Assembly (NCBI GenBank): GCA_965228735.1
Contig: OZ245838.1
Span: 3,616,001 to 3,680,000, forward strand
Direction: 5' to 3'
Source of the DNA: Planctomycetota bacterium
GTDB taxonomy: Bacteria; Planctomycetota; UBA1135; UBA2386
Length of the DNA stretch: 64,000 nt
Numbering within the stretch: position 1 is the stretch's first letter; each line of letters opens with the position of its first letter. Below the pieces are notes generated by a model. The model saw only the letters and a program-made list of their open reading frames with translations, ran no database searches and was not told the origin of the DNA. The position numbers were made by a program, and so were the translations under genes. Of this stretch, positions 53,881 through 62,546 are shown one piece after another.

Positions 53881-55438
53881 CGCCGGCGCCGCGGACCGTC
53901 GAGCACGGCACCCGGCGCGACTGCTCTGGTTCGGTTTGCTGACGGCCGCGCTCGTCCTGGGCCTCGGGCTCCCCGTCCGAGGTCAGGACCCGGGTGCCCA
54001 ACCGCAGACGGATCCGAAGGCGAGCGCCGGCTCGAAGACCCCGGCCGTGAAGGAGCCGGCGAGCCAGCAACCCGAGACGCCACGGCAACCGCCGCAGTTC
54101 GTCCGCTTCCGCGCGCCCGACGGCTCGCGGTTCGTCCTCGTTCCGCGTCCGAACCTCGGGCACGTGCACTGGGCCGTCGCGACCCCGGCCGACGCGAGCG
54201 TCGACCCGCCGGGCCTGCGCGGGCTCGTGCACGCCGTGCAGCGGGCGTCGCTCGGCGGCACCTGGCAGATCGGCAGCCGCGACGGCGACCGGGAGCGCGC
54301 GACGCTCGCGGAGCTGAGCCGAACGCAGGATGAATTGCTCGACAACCCAGGGAATGCCGAACTCGCGCAGCGCTCGCAACAACTCGAGGCCACGCTCGAG
54401 GCACTCGGTGACGACCAGGTCTTCGCGCGCGTGCTCGCGGCCGCGCCGGCGCACGACCCGCAGATCGACGTGCGCGATGGCGTCGCCCTGCTGTCGCTCG
54501 TGACGACGCCGTGGGCGATCGGCGACGTCGGACAGCTGCTCGTCGAACGGCGCGAGGCCCAGGCCCTGCGTGGCCTGCCGCAGCACTGGTTCGCGGAGAT
54601 CGGCGGTCGCATGGCGTTGTTCGGACGCGACCCGCTCGCGGCGCTGCACGCCGAGTTGCTCGCTCTCGCGATGCCGGGCCACCCGGAAACGGACGCCGCG
54701 GGCCGCCCGGGCCGATCGGTGCCGCACCGGAGCCAGGCGCGCGCCGTATGGAACGCCACGCAACATCCCACGCGCACGATTCACGTCCTGCTCGGTGGCT
54801 TCGACGTCGAGGCGACGAAGACGGTGCTGCAGTCGACGTTCGCTGCGACCGCGCTGCCCGCACCGCCCGCGACGGCTGCGGCGCCGCCGCGCGCACCGCG
54901 CGCGATTCGCCGCTCGACGGTGCCGGGCACCGGGCGTTCGATCCTCGCGTTCGCCTGGGTCCTGCCGCCGATCGAGGATCCCGGGCTGCTCGCTGTCACG
55001 ACACTGTGGTTGGCGGGCGGCGAGCGCAGCCACCTCGCCACGCAGCTACGGCAGCGCGGCCACCGCAACGTGAAGGTCGACGCCGTCGCACCCTGGCCGC
55101 TCGTGCCACAGGGCCGCAGCCTGTTGCGCATCGAGGTCGAGCTGCCGAAACCGACCCCCGGGGTCGCCGAGGCCGTTCTCGAGATCTGCCGCGCAACGAT
55201 GGAGTCACCGCCGCAACGGGCAGAGCTCGGCCGGCGGATCCGCGATCTGCGCAGCGCCCATACGCTCATCTCGGCCGAACCCCGCCGGCTGGCCGCCGAC
55301 ATCGCGCGCCGGACCCTGCTGTGGCCGGGATCGAAGGTGCGCCTCGCACCAACGAACAAGCCGGCACCAAAAGCCACCCACGGGCTGCTCCGCGCGATCT
55401 TCGAGAATCACCCCGTGGTCGTGGAGGGCCGTCCATGA
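53864..55438 (+). CDS. Exported M16 (insulinase)-like protein, catalytically degenerate
   Basis: Signal-like N-terminus; F..PDG.RFVLVPR, DPPGLRGLVHAVQRASLGGT (HxxEH position reads HAVQR), .P......L.G.FD. Confidence 0.65.
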   Translation: MPRWRDAGAADRRARHPARLLWFGLLTAALVLGLGLPVRGQDPGAQPQTDPKASAGSKTPAVKEPASQQPETPRQPPQFVRFRAPDGSRFVLVPRPNLGHVHWAVATPADASVDPPGLRGLVHAVQRASLGGTWQIGSRDGDRERATLAELSRTQDELLDNPGNAELAQRSQQLEATLEALGDDQVFARVLAAAPAHDPQIDVRDGVALLSLVTTPWAIGDVGQLLVERREAQALRGLPQHWFAEIGGRMALFGRDPLAALHAELLALAMPGHPETDAAGRPGRSVPHRSQARAVWNATQHPTRTIHVLLGGFDVEATKTVLQSTFAATALPAPPATAAAPPRAPRAIRRSTVPGTGRSILAFAWVLPPIEDPGLLAVTTLWLAGGERSHLATQLRQRGHRNVKVDAVAPWPLVPQGRSLLRIEVELPKPTPGVAEAVLEICRATMESPPQRAELGRRIRDLRSAHTLISAEPRRLAADIARRTLLWPGSKVRLAPTNKPAPKATHGLLRAIFENHPVVVEGRP

Positions 55439-57558
55439 CGCGCGCCGGACACTCTGCGCTCGTCGCCGCCCTGCTCGGGGTCGCCGGCATCGCCGCGAGC
55501 TGCGGCAGCGCGCCACCGCCGCCGCTGCCCCAGCCGTCGCCGAACGCAGCCGACCCGCGGCAACCAGAGCCGCCACCGGTCGAGCCGACCGCGGTCGCCG
55601 CGCCACGTGCCCTCGCCAAGGTCGAGCGTCTCGGGAACGGGCTCAACGTCGTCCTGTTGCCGCATCGCCGTGGCACCATGGCCCAGGTGCAGGTCGGGCT
55701 GCTGGCCGGCGCCGACTTCGTCGCACCGGGACTCGCCGAACTCGCGGCCGAGGTCTTCGTGGGCAGCGCCGACGCCACGGCGAACCGCGTCAGCCTGCGG
55801 CAGGTCACCGCGAACCTCGGCGGCACGCTCACGATCGAGGTCAACCCGCTGAGCACGTGGATCACGTTCCGCGTGCCGGAGTTCTCGTGGGCCAGGCTGC
55901 AGGAGCCGCTGCTCGCGGCGCTCTCGGCCCCGACGATCTCGCGGCCGCAGATCGACCGGTTGCGCGACGAGCTCGTCGTCACCCGCATCCGCGAAGTGTG
56001 GGAACGACCCGAGGTGGAGATCCCACGCGCGTTCCGCCTCGGCTTCGGCAGCACCGCGAACTACGTGGCCGCGCTGCTCGAACGCGACCCGAGCGAGGTC
56101 TCGCTGTTCGTGTCGCGGCTCTATCGCCCGGAGTCGACGATCCTCGCGCTCGACGTCCCCGGCGCCCGCCCAGCGATCATGAAACAGGTGCAGGAAGGGG
56201 TCGGCCGCTGGCCGCTGCCGACGACCGCCCGCCAGGCGGTCGACATCACGGAGCGGCGGCTCGAGACCGGGCTCTACTGGGCGCCGGCCGCGCCCGCACC
56301 CCTTTGTCGCGCGATGCTCGTGCTGCCGTTGCCCGACCTCGGCAACACGTTCGCCGCGGAGCTGTTCGTCCTGCACGCCTGTCTCACGCTCGACGGCGTC
56401 GGCGGCCGGCTCGAGCAGCTGCAGCGCGAGAACGGCCTCGACGACGTCGCCTGGGAGTCCGCGTTCGTCGATCTCGCCGACGTCCCGGCTCTCGTCCTGA
56501 CCACGACGACGGCGCCGGAGAGGGTGCCGCAGCTGTTCCGCGTCGCGCAGGCCGCCCGGCTGTCCTTCGCCGAACTGCCGCCGACCCCGTCCGAGCTGCA
56601 GCTCGCGCTGCGGCGCGCCCGCCTCACCGCGCAGCTCCTCACCGATCGCGCGAGCGCTCGCGGTCGGGCGTTCGCCAGCAGCGCGATGCGTCGCGAGGCC
56701 AGCGACCGCCTGGAACGGCGTTTCGCGGTGCTCGGGCAGCCGGGTCGCTTCCCGGCCGAGGGCGCGGCCAAGATCTACCTGCGTGAGCCGGCAGCCATGA
56801 TCGCGCTCGGCGCGACGCCGCCCGACGATCTGCCGGAGGGCGAATTCACCTCGTTCGAACTGCTGCCGCCCGGCGCGCTAGCGCGACTCGTGAGCGACGA
56901 CCCTAAGGTCCAGGCCATCGCCGCTTCGCCGTGGCTCGACCGCGCGATCGAAGCCGCCGGTGGTCGCACGCTGCTGGGTCAGATCCGCGGCGCGCGCGCG
57001 ACCTCGACCCTGCAGAGCGCCGCGGCGCCGGCGATCGAGCAGACGATCGAATGGCGTGCTCAACCGCTGCAGGTGACGCGCACCCGCGACGTTCTCGGAA
57101 CCCGGATCGCGACCTCGATCGGCAAGAACGAGGCGCTGGAGACGAGCGGCGGCAAGGAGGTCCCCGTGCCGCCGCGTGAGGTCGCGCTCCTGCGTCGCGA
57201 GCTCCAGCGCCACCCGATCGCGCTGCTCGCGGCGACCGTGCGCGGCGAGCTCGCGTTCCGACCGCTGGCCCAGCGCACGGTCGGCGACCGCGACCTCATG
57301 GTCCTCGAGGCCGTCGGGGACGCGATGGGCTTCGACCGCCTGCGCATCCACATCGACATCGCGTCGCACCTCATCCGGGCGGTCGAGGCGTGGGAGACCG
57401 CCGCGAACGGCAGTCTCTTCCACGTGCGCGACGCGTGGTCGGACTACCGCATGGCGGGCGGCGCGCGCGCCCCGTTCCGGCGGCTGACCGAGCACGACGC
57501 CGGGCAGAACCGGATCGAGTGCGTCTACTCGAGCTGGGAACCGCTGCTCGAGCGCTGA
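55435..57558 (+). CDS. Lipoprotein with inactive M16-like domains and C-terminal LolA-like beta domain
   Basis: Lipobox IAASC; LGNGLNVVL, PGLAELAA, LGGTL, LYRPE. C-terminus ...AIEAAGG...HID..SHLI...WSDYR...G...PF. Confidence 0.65.
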   Translation: MTRAGHSALVAALLGVAGIAASCGSAPPPPLPQPSPNAADPRQPEPPPVEPTAVAAPRALAKVERLGNGLNVVLLPHRRGTMAQVQVGLLAGADFVAPGLAELAAEVFVGSADATANRVSLRQVTANLGGTLTIEVNPLSTWITFRVPEFSWARLQEPLLAALSAPTISRPQIDRLRDELVVTRIREVWERPEVEIPRAFRLGFGSTANYVAALLERDPSEVSLFVSRLYRPESTILALDVPGARPAIMKQVQEGVGRWPLPTTARQAVDITERRLETGLYWAPAAPAPLCRAMLVLPLPDLGNTFAAELFVLHACLTLDGVGGRLEQLQRENGLDDVAWESAFVDLADVPALVLTTTTAPERVPQLFRVAQAARLSFAELPPTPSELQLALRRARLTAQLLTDRASARGRAFASSAMRREASDRLERRFAVLGQPGRFPAEGAAKIYLREPAAMIALGATPPDDLPEGEFTSFELLPPGALARLVSDDPKVQAIAASPWLDRAIEAAGGRTLLGQIRGARATSTLQSAAAPAIEQTIEWRAQPLQVTRTRDVLGTRIATSIGKNEALETSGGKEVPVPPREVALLRRELQRHPIALLAATVRGELAFRPLAQRTVGDRDLMVLEAVGDAMGFDRLRIHIDIASHLIRAVEAWETAANGSLFHVRDAWSDYRMAGGARAPFRRLTEHDAGQNRIECVYSSWEPLLER

Positions 57559-57571
57559 CGGGCGCCGGCCG

Positions 57572-58645
57572 CTATGCCGGGAAGACGTCGATCTCGGTTG
57601 CCTTGAGCGCGGCCCAGATGCGCCCGCCCGCGCCGAGTCCGAGGTCGGCGACGGCAGCCGGCGTGACCTCGGCGACGAGCGGCACGTCGCCGCCGAGCTG
57701 CACCCGCACGCGATTGCCCGCGGCCTCGAGCGCTTCGATCGGCACCTCGAAGACGTTCCGCGGCGAGCCATCGGGGCGCTGGCGGTAGAGCGCGACCGCG
57801 CGCGGGTGGACCGTCGCGAGCACTTCACCGTGCAGTTCGGCCGGCACGACGAGACTGCCGCCGCCATGCAGCGTGAGACGACCATCCCGGAGCGAGCCGC
57901 GCAACAGGTTCACGCCGACGAGGTCGGCGACGTAGCGCGAGCGCGGACGGCTGCAGATCGTCGCCACCGTTTCCACCTGGGTGAGCCGTCCGTTCTCGAG
58001 CACGGCGACGCGGTCCGCGAGCGCCAACGCGTCGATCGCGTCGTGCGCGACGACGAGCCGAACGCCGTCGAAGTCCGCGAGATGCCGGCGCAGTTCGCTG
58101 CGGAGCTCGACCCTGGCCGTCGCGTCGACCGCGGCGAGCGGTTCGTCGAGCAGCAGGATGTCCGGTTCGGCGGCGAGCGCTCGCGCGATCGCCACGCGCT
58201 GGGCCTGCCCGACGGAGAGGTCCGTGGCGCGCCGCTCCGCGACTGCCGCCATGCCGACGCGTTCCAGCCACAGCGCGGCGGCCGTGCGCGCCGTCGCGAA
58301 GCCGGCGCCGCGCGACGCCGGTCCGAACGCGACGTTGTCGACCACCGACAGGTGCGGGAACAGCAACGGCTCCTGGAAGACGAGCCCGACCCCGCGATCC
58401 TCGGGCGGCACGTTGGCGACCTCCCGGCCGGCCTCGACGCGAACCAGATCGCGCCCGGCCCAACGGATGTGGCCGTTCCGGACCGGCAACAGCCCGGCGA
58501 CGGCCGCGAGCAGCGTGCTCTTGCCCGCGCCGTTCGGGCCCACTATCGCGACCGTCTCGCCGCGCTCCACGGCGAGATCGACCGCGAGATCGAGCGTGCC
58601 ACGCCGGAGGTCGAACGCGAGCTCGAGACGTTCGGCGCCCGTCAC
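57572..58645 (-). CDS. modC: Molybdate ABC transporter ATP-binding protein with TOBE domain
   Basis: GPNGAGKST, VFQE..LFPHLSV, LSVGQAQR, LLLDEP, S.RN, AALKATE. Confidence 0.9.
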   Translation of the reverse strand: MTGAERLELAFDLRRGTLDLAVDLAVERGETVAIVGPNGAGKSTLLAAVAGLLPVRNGHIRWAGRDLVRVEAGREVANVPPEDRGVGLVFQEPLLFPHLSVVDNVAFGPASRGAGFATARTAAALWLERVGMAAVAERRATDLSVGQAQRVAIARALAAEPDILLLDEPLAAVDATARVELRSELRRHLADFDGVRLVVAHDAIDALALADRVAVLENGRLTQVETVATICSRPRSRYVADLVGVNLLRGSLRDGRLTLHGGGSLVVPAELHGEVLATVHPRAVALYRQRPDGSPRNVFEVPIEALEAAGNRVRVQLGGDVPLVAEVTPAAVADLGLGAGGRIWAALKATEIDVFPA

Positions 58646-59442
58646 TGCGCCCTCCGCGCGGGCAGCCAGCGTTCGCGCAGACCGAACAGGATCGCCGCCG
58701 ACACCGCGATCAGCACGAGACTCATCGCGAGTGCTGTGTCCATGTCACTCTCGAGTGCCGCGGCGATGGCGAGCGGCATCGTGCGCGTCACGCCTTCGAG
58801 GCTGCCGGCGAACGTGATCGTCGCGCCGAACTCGCCGAGCGCGCGGGCCCACGCGACGACGAGCGCCGTCAGCAGCGTCGGCCCGAGCATCGGCAGGACC
58901 ACGCGCCGGAAGCGCAGCAGCGGCGAGGCGCCGAGCGTCGCGGCGACCGCGGTGTAGCGCGAATCGAAGGCCCGGAGGCCCGCTTCCGCCGCGAGCACGA
59001 AGAACGGCATCGCGACGTAGAGCTCCGCGATCACGACGCCGGCCGGCGAGAACGGCAGCACGAGCCCGAGCCAGTCGTGCAGCGGTTCACCGACGAGGCC
59101 TCGCCGCCCGAACGCCGCGAGCAGCGCCGCGCCGACGACGACGGGCGGCATCACGAGCGGCAGCGTGACGAGCACGCGCACCACACGCCGCAGCCTCGAA
59201 TCGCGCGCAGCCAGCCAGACGGCGAGCGGCAGCCCCAGCAATCCGGCGAGCACCGCCGCCGCGAGCGCGCAAACGATGGACAGCAGCAACGCCGAACCGA
59301 CCTCGCCGGAGACGAACGCCGCCGGCCGCCCCCAGGGCGCCCGCACCACGACGCCCAGGATCGGCAAGGCGAAGAACAGCACCGCGAGCCCCACGGGCAC
59401 GAGCGCCGCCACCGTCACGAGGTCGCGCCGACGCGGGTTCAC
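58642..59442 (-). CDS. modB: Molybdate ABC transporter permease
   Basis: LPLVMPPVVVG, AATLGAS, WARALGEFGATITFAG, TRTMPL. Confidence 0.93.
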   Translation of the reverse strand: MNPRRRDLVTVAALVPVGLAVLFFALPILGVVVRAPWGRPAAFVSGEVGSALLLSIVCALAAAVLAGLLGLPLAVWLAARDSRLRRVVRVLVTLPLVMPPVVVGAALLAAFGRRGLVGEPLHDWLGLVLPFSPAGVVIAELYVAMPFFVLAAEAGLRAFDSRYTAVAATLGASPLLRFRRVVLPMLGPTLLTALVVAWARALGEFGATITFAGSLEGVTRTMPLAIAAALESDMDTALAMSLVLIAVSAAILFGLRERWLPARRAQ

Positions 59443-60152
59443 GGCAACTCGAAGCCCGCCGCCCGCAGCTCGCGCCGCGCCGGCTCGGTGAAGAGGAACT
59501 CGTCGAACGCGCCGGCGAGCGGCCGTTCGTTCAACACGGCGACGGGATACCGCGCCTCGACCGCGTGCGCGGCCGCGATCGGGATCCCCGTGATGTCGCC
59601 GCCGGCCCGCGCGACGTCGGTCTCGTAGACCACGGCCGCATCGATCTCGCCGAGCCGCAACTTGGTCAGGAGCGCCGTGACGTTCGGTTCGTCCGACACC
59701 GATCGCACCGTGACGCCGGCGCGCGCCAGCGCCATGCGCGCGTAGCGCCCGGCAGGCACATCGATCGCGCAGAGCGCGACGACGAGGTCCTCGCGCGCGA
59801 GATCGTGCAGGCCCGCGACCCGGTGCGGATTGCCGGCCGGGACGGCGACCGCCAGGCGGTTCTGCGCGAAGACGCGGCCGTTGTCGCTCACGAACGCCAT
59901 CTGCCGTTCGTCGGCAGCGACGAACACGTCGGCAGCGGCACCCTCACGAATCTGCATCACGAGCTGCGGGGTCCCCGCCGCGTGCACCTGCACCCGCACC
60001 CCCGGATGCAGCTGTTCGAACTCCGCGGCGATCCGCGCGACGGGCGCAGCGATCGAAGCGGCCGCGAACACGAGCAGCTCGCCGTCGCGCGGCGCGCACC
60101 CCGCCAGCATGACGAGCAGCGCGATCGCGACAACGCGGGAGCGGCCGTCCAC
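59439..60152 (-). CDS. modA: Molybdate ABC transporter substrate-binding lipoprotein
   Basis: LAGC lipobox, VFAAAS, QIREGAAADVF, FAQNRL, VPAGRYA, GEIDAAVVYETD. Confidence 0.92.
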   Translation of the reverse strand: MDGRSRVVAIALLVMLAGCAPRDGELLVFAAASIAAPVARIAAEFEQLHPGVRVQVHAAGTPQLVMQIREGAAADVFVAADERQMAFVSDNGRVFAQNRLAVAVPAGNPHRVAGLHDLAREDLVVALCAIDVPAGRYARMALARAGVTVRSVSDEPNVTALLTKLRLGEIDAAVVYETDVARAGGDITGIPIAAAHAVEARYPVAVLNERPLAGAFDEFLFTEPARRELRAAGFELP

Positions 60153-60158
60153 CGGATG

Positions 60159-61334
60159 TCAGCGGCGGGCGCCGCCGAAGCGCATGACGAGACCGAGGTA
60201 GACCATGTGCTGGCCGTGCACGTCCTCGTCGATCTTGATCGTCGGCCGGCTCTCGTTGTCGAGGTAGGAGTACCACCCGTGCAGCGACAGCGAGTCGTTG
60301 AAATGCAGGTAGCTCTCGACGCCGCCGCCGAAGAACGCCTCCTTGCTCGAGTTGCCGCCACCGGCGCCCGCGACACGCGAGTACTGGAAGTGCCCGAACG
60401 GCGTCACCGTCCAGTAGTCGCCGAGGTGGATCCGCAGCCGCAGCTGCGCCTCCGCCCACTGGTGGCCGAGCGGCCGCTGGGCCTCGAAGTTGACGACGCG
60501 ATCGCGGCGATCCTGGATCGCGCCGCGCACGAAGACCTCCCAGAACAGGTTGTCGGACGCCGGGATGTAGAACTCGGCGTTGCCGCGCACGCGCCACACC
60601 TGCGACGGCAGGTCGGTGGTGAAGCCCGTCGCGCCGAACACGCCGTCGCTGTCGTTCCACTCCTGTTCCGCCGTGATGGTCACGACGCCGCCGTCGCGTG
60701 GCGTGCCGCGACGGCGGTCGAGCTGCGTCGTGTTCTGCTCCAGGTGGATGCGGATGCCGTAGGCCGCGAAGTCGTCGGGGATCTGGAACGACGCCGGCGT
60801 CAACACGTTGTTGGAGAAGCTGTGGTCGCGGTAGTACGGCCCGAGCTCGACGTAGAGCCCCGGCGCCGCCTCGCGCCCGAATCCGAGGTAGCCCTCGTAG
60901 TTGCTGCCCTCGTAGATGCCGTTCGGCACGAAGACATCGCCGTTGTAGAAGCCGTCGCGATAGAACTGCCACGGCCGCGCCGTGATCTCGATCCGTGACG
61001 TCGTCTGATCACCGATCAGATCACCGTCGATGAGCCCGACGTAGAGGCCGTCACGCCCGGCGTAGCCGGCGACCGTGCCGTTGCGATCCCCGACGCCCTC
61101 CTCCCGGTAGAGGATCCGCCCGTCCCAGCTGATCTCGTCCTCGAGCCCGACCGCCGGCACCTCGTCCTCGGCGAACGTGCCGATCACGCCCGCTTCGACC
61201 TGGAACAGCGACCGGAAGGGCGACACCGGGTTGCGCCGGTCGGTCATGTCGACGAGCGACTGGGCCAGCAGCGACGCGGGCGCCCCGGCGAAGACCAGGG
61301 CCGAGAGGACGATGGGAGGAGCGAGTCGGTTCAT
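60159..61334 (-). CDS. Putative outer-membrane beta-barrel protein
   Basis: Signal peptide (ASLLAQ); aromatic/Gly-rich alternating strands; C-terminal YLGLVMRF. Confidence 0.65.
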   Translation of the reverse strand: MNRLAPPIVLSALVFAGAPASLLAQSLVDMTDRRNPVSPFRSLFQVEAGVIGTFAEDEVPAVGLEDEISWDGRILYREEGVGDRNGTVAGYAGRDGLYVGLIDGDLIGDQTTSRIEITARPWQFYRDGFYNGDVFVPNGIYEGSNYEGYLGFGREAAPGLYVELGPYYRDHSFSNNVLTPASFQIPDDFAAYGIRIHLEQNTTQLDRRRGTPRDGGVVTITAEQEWNDSDGVFGATGFTTDLPSQVWRVRGNAEFYIPASDNLFWEVFVRGAIQDRRDRVVNFEAQRPLGHQWAEAQLRLRIHLGDYWTVTPFGHFQYSRVAGAGGGNSSKEAFFGGGVESYLHFNDSLSLHGWYSYLDNESRPTIKIDEDVHGQHMVYLGLVMRFGGARR

Positions 61335-61412
61335 CGGGGTCTGCCGGGGTTCCGGGCACGCCTTCCGGGTCGCGCCCGCGGTGAAGATCAGGCCGGGGAT
61401 ACGGCCCAGGGG

Positions 61413-62432
61413 TCAGTCACGCATGCGGTTCATGGTCGCCTGCACGAGCGGGTGGTTCGAGTCGAGCACGATGACCGAGTACGGGTGGTCCGCGTATTGG
61501 TTCTCGCGCTCCTCGATGCGGATCGCGCCGAGCTGACGCAATTCGTTGATCAGACCGCGACGCTCCGGGTGCACGAGGTTGCTGAAGTGCTGGCTCATCG
61601 GTCCTTTGAGGAACGGCGAGAGCCAGACTTCCGGGCTTCCGTGGCGCGCCTGCGCCCGCATGATGAGTTCGACGCAGTCGGCGAGTCGCTCGCCGAGCTG
61701 ACCATCCGGCGGCAATGAGTCGGCCGTACGCCAGGTCACGGGAATGTGCCCGACGATCGGCGCGCGCTGGCGGTTCTCATGCTCGTGATCGCCACCGCGA
61801 TCCGCACCGTTCTGCGCCGTCTCCGCGACGGCTGCGGCGGGAGCGGGCTCGGGTTCCTTGTCGCTTTCGTGTGCCGGCTGCGGCTCGACCTCGGCCGCGG
61901 GCTCGGCAGCCGCCGGACCATCCGAGTCGTCGTCGTCGACCCGGATCAGGTCGAGCGCGTTCCAGAACCGATCGCTGCCGACGCGCTGCCGCAGGTCACC
62001 GCTCGTGCTGTCCGGGATCGCAACGACGCGCAGCTCGTGGTTCTCCTCGAGCACCTGGCGCGCGATCGGGATGAAGTCGCGGTCCCCCGAGACGATGACG
62101 ATCGCATCGATGTCGGGTCGCCGGTAGAGCACGCGGCACACGTCGCACGCCAGCTGCACGTCCGCCGAGTTCTTGCCGGCGTGGCTGACGAGCACGTACT
62201 GCGGGTCGAAACCCATCAACGAGAGGTCGTGCGCCACCTCCATGCCCGGGTAGCAGTCGAACGCCGCGTACGAGCGGCCGAGCACCATCGGGACTTCCTT
62301 GTCGCTGAGTCGCTGCTTGAGCTGCGCGAGGATGCTGAGGCAGAGGTCGCGGATGCGATGACCGGTCAGCTCGTCACGATTCTTGAGGGAGAGGAACAGG
62401 TTCTCGAAGTCGACGAAGACGGCTGCATTCAT
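61413..62432 (-). CDS. NYN (LabA/DUF88, PIN-like) domain protein
   Basis: AVFVDFEN, GKNSADV.LA.D, IVSGDRDF.P; acidic linker; C-terminal winged-helix-like domain. Confidence 0.88.
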   Translation of the reverse strand: MNAAVFVDFENLFLSLKNRDELTGHRIRDLCLSILAQLKQRLSDKEVPMVLGRSYAAFDCYPGMEVAHDLSLMGFDPQYVLVSHAGKNSADVQLACDVCRVLYRRPDIDAIVIVSGDRDFIPIARQVLEENHELRVVAIPDSTSGDLRQRVGSDRFWNALDLIRVDDDDSDGPAAAEPAAEVEPQPAHESDKEPEPAPAAAVAETAQNGADRGGDHEHENRQRAPIVGHIPVTWRTADSLPPDGQLGERLADCVELIMRAQARHGSPEVWLSPFLKGPMSQHFSNLVHPERRGLINELRQLGAIRIEERENQYADHPYSVIVLDSNHPLVQATMNRMRD

Positions 62433-62546
62433 AGTTCAGTCCAGGCGGATTCAGTTCAGACCAATGCTGCGGACTCGGCGCGTCGACCAGAGTGGTCCAC
62501 CGGCCGTGACCGTGGCGGGTGCGATTCGGATGCTCTTGGCGAACGC

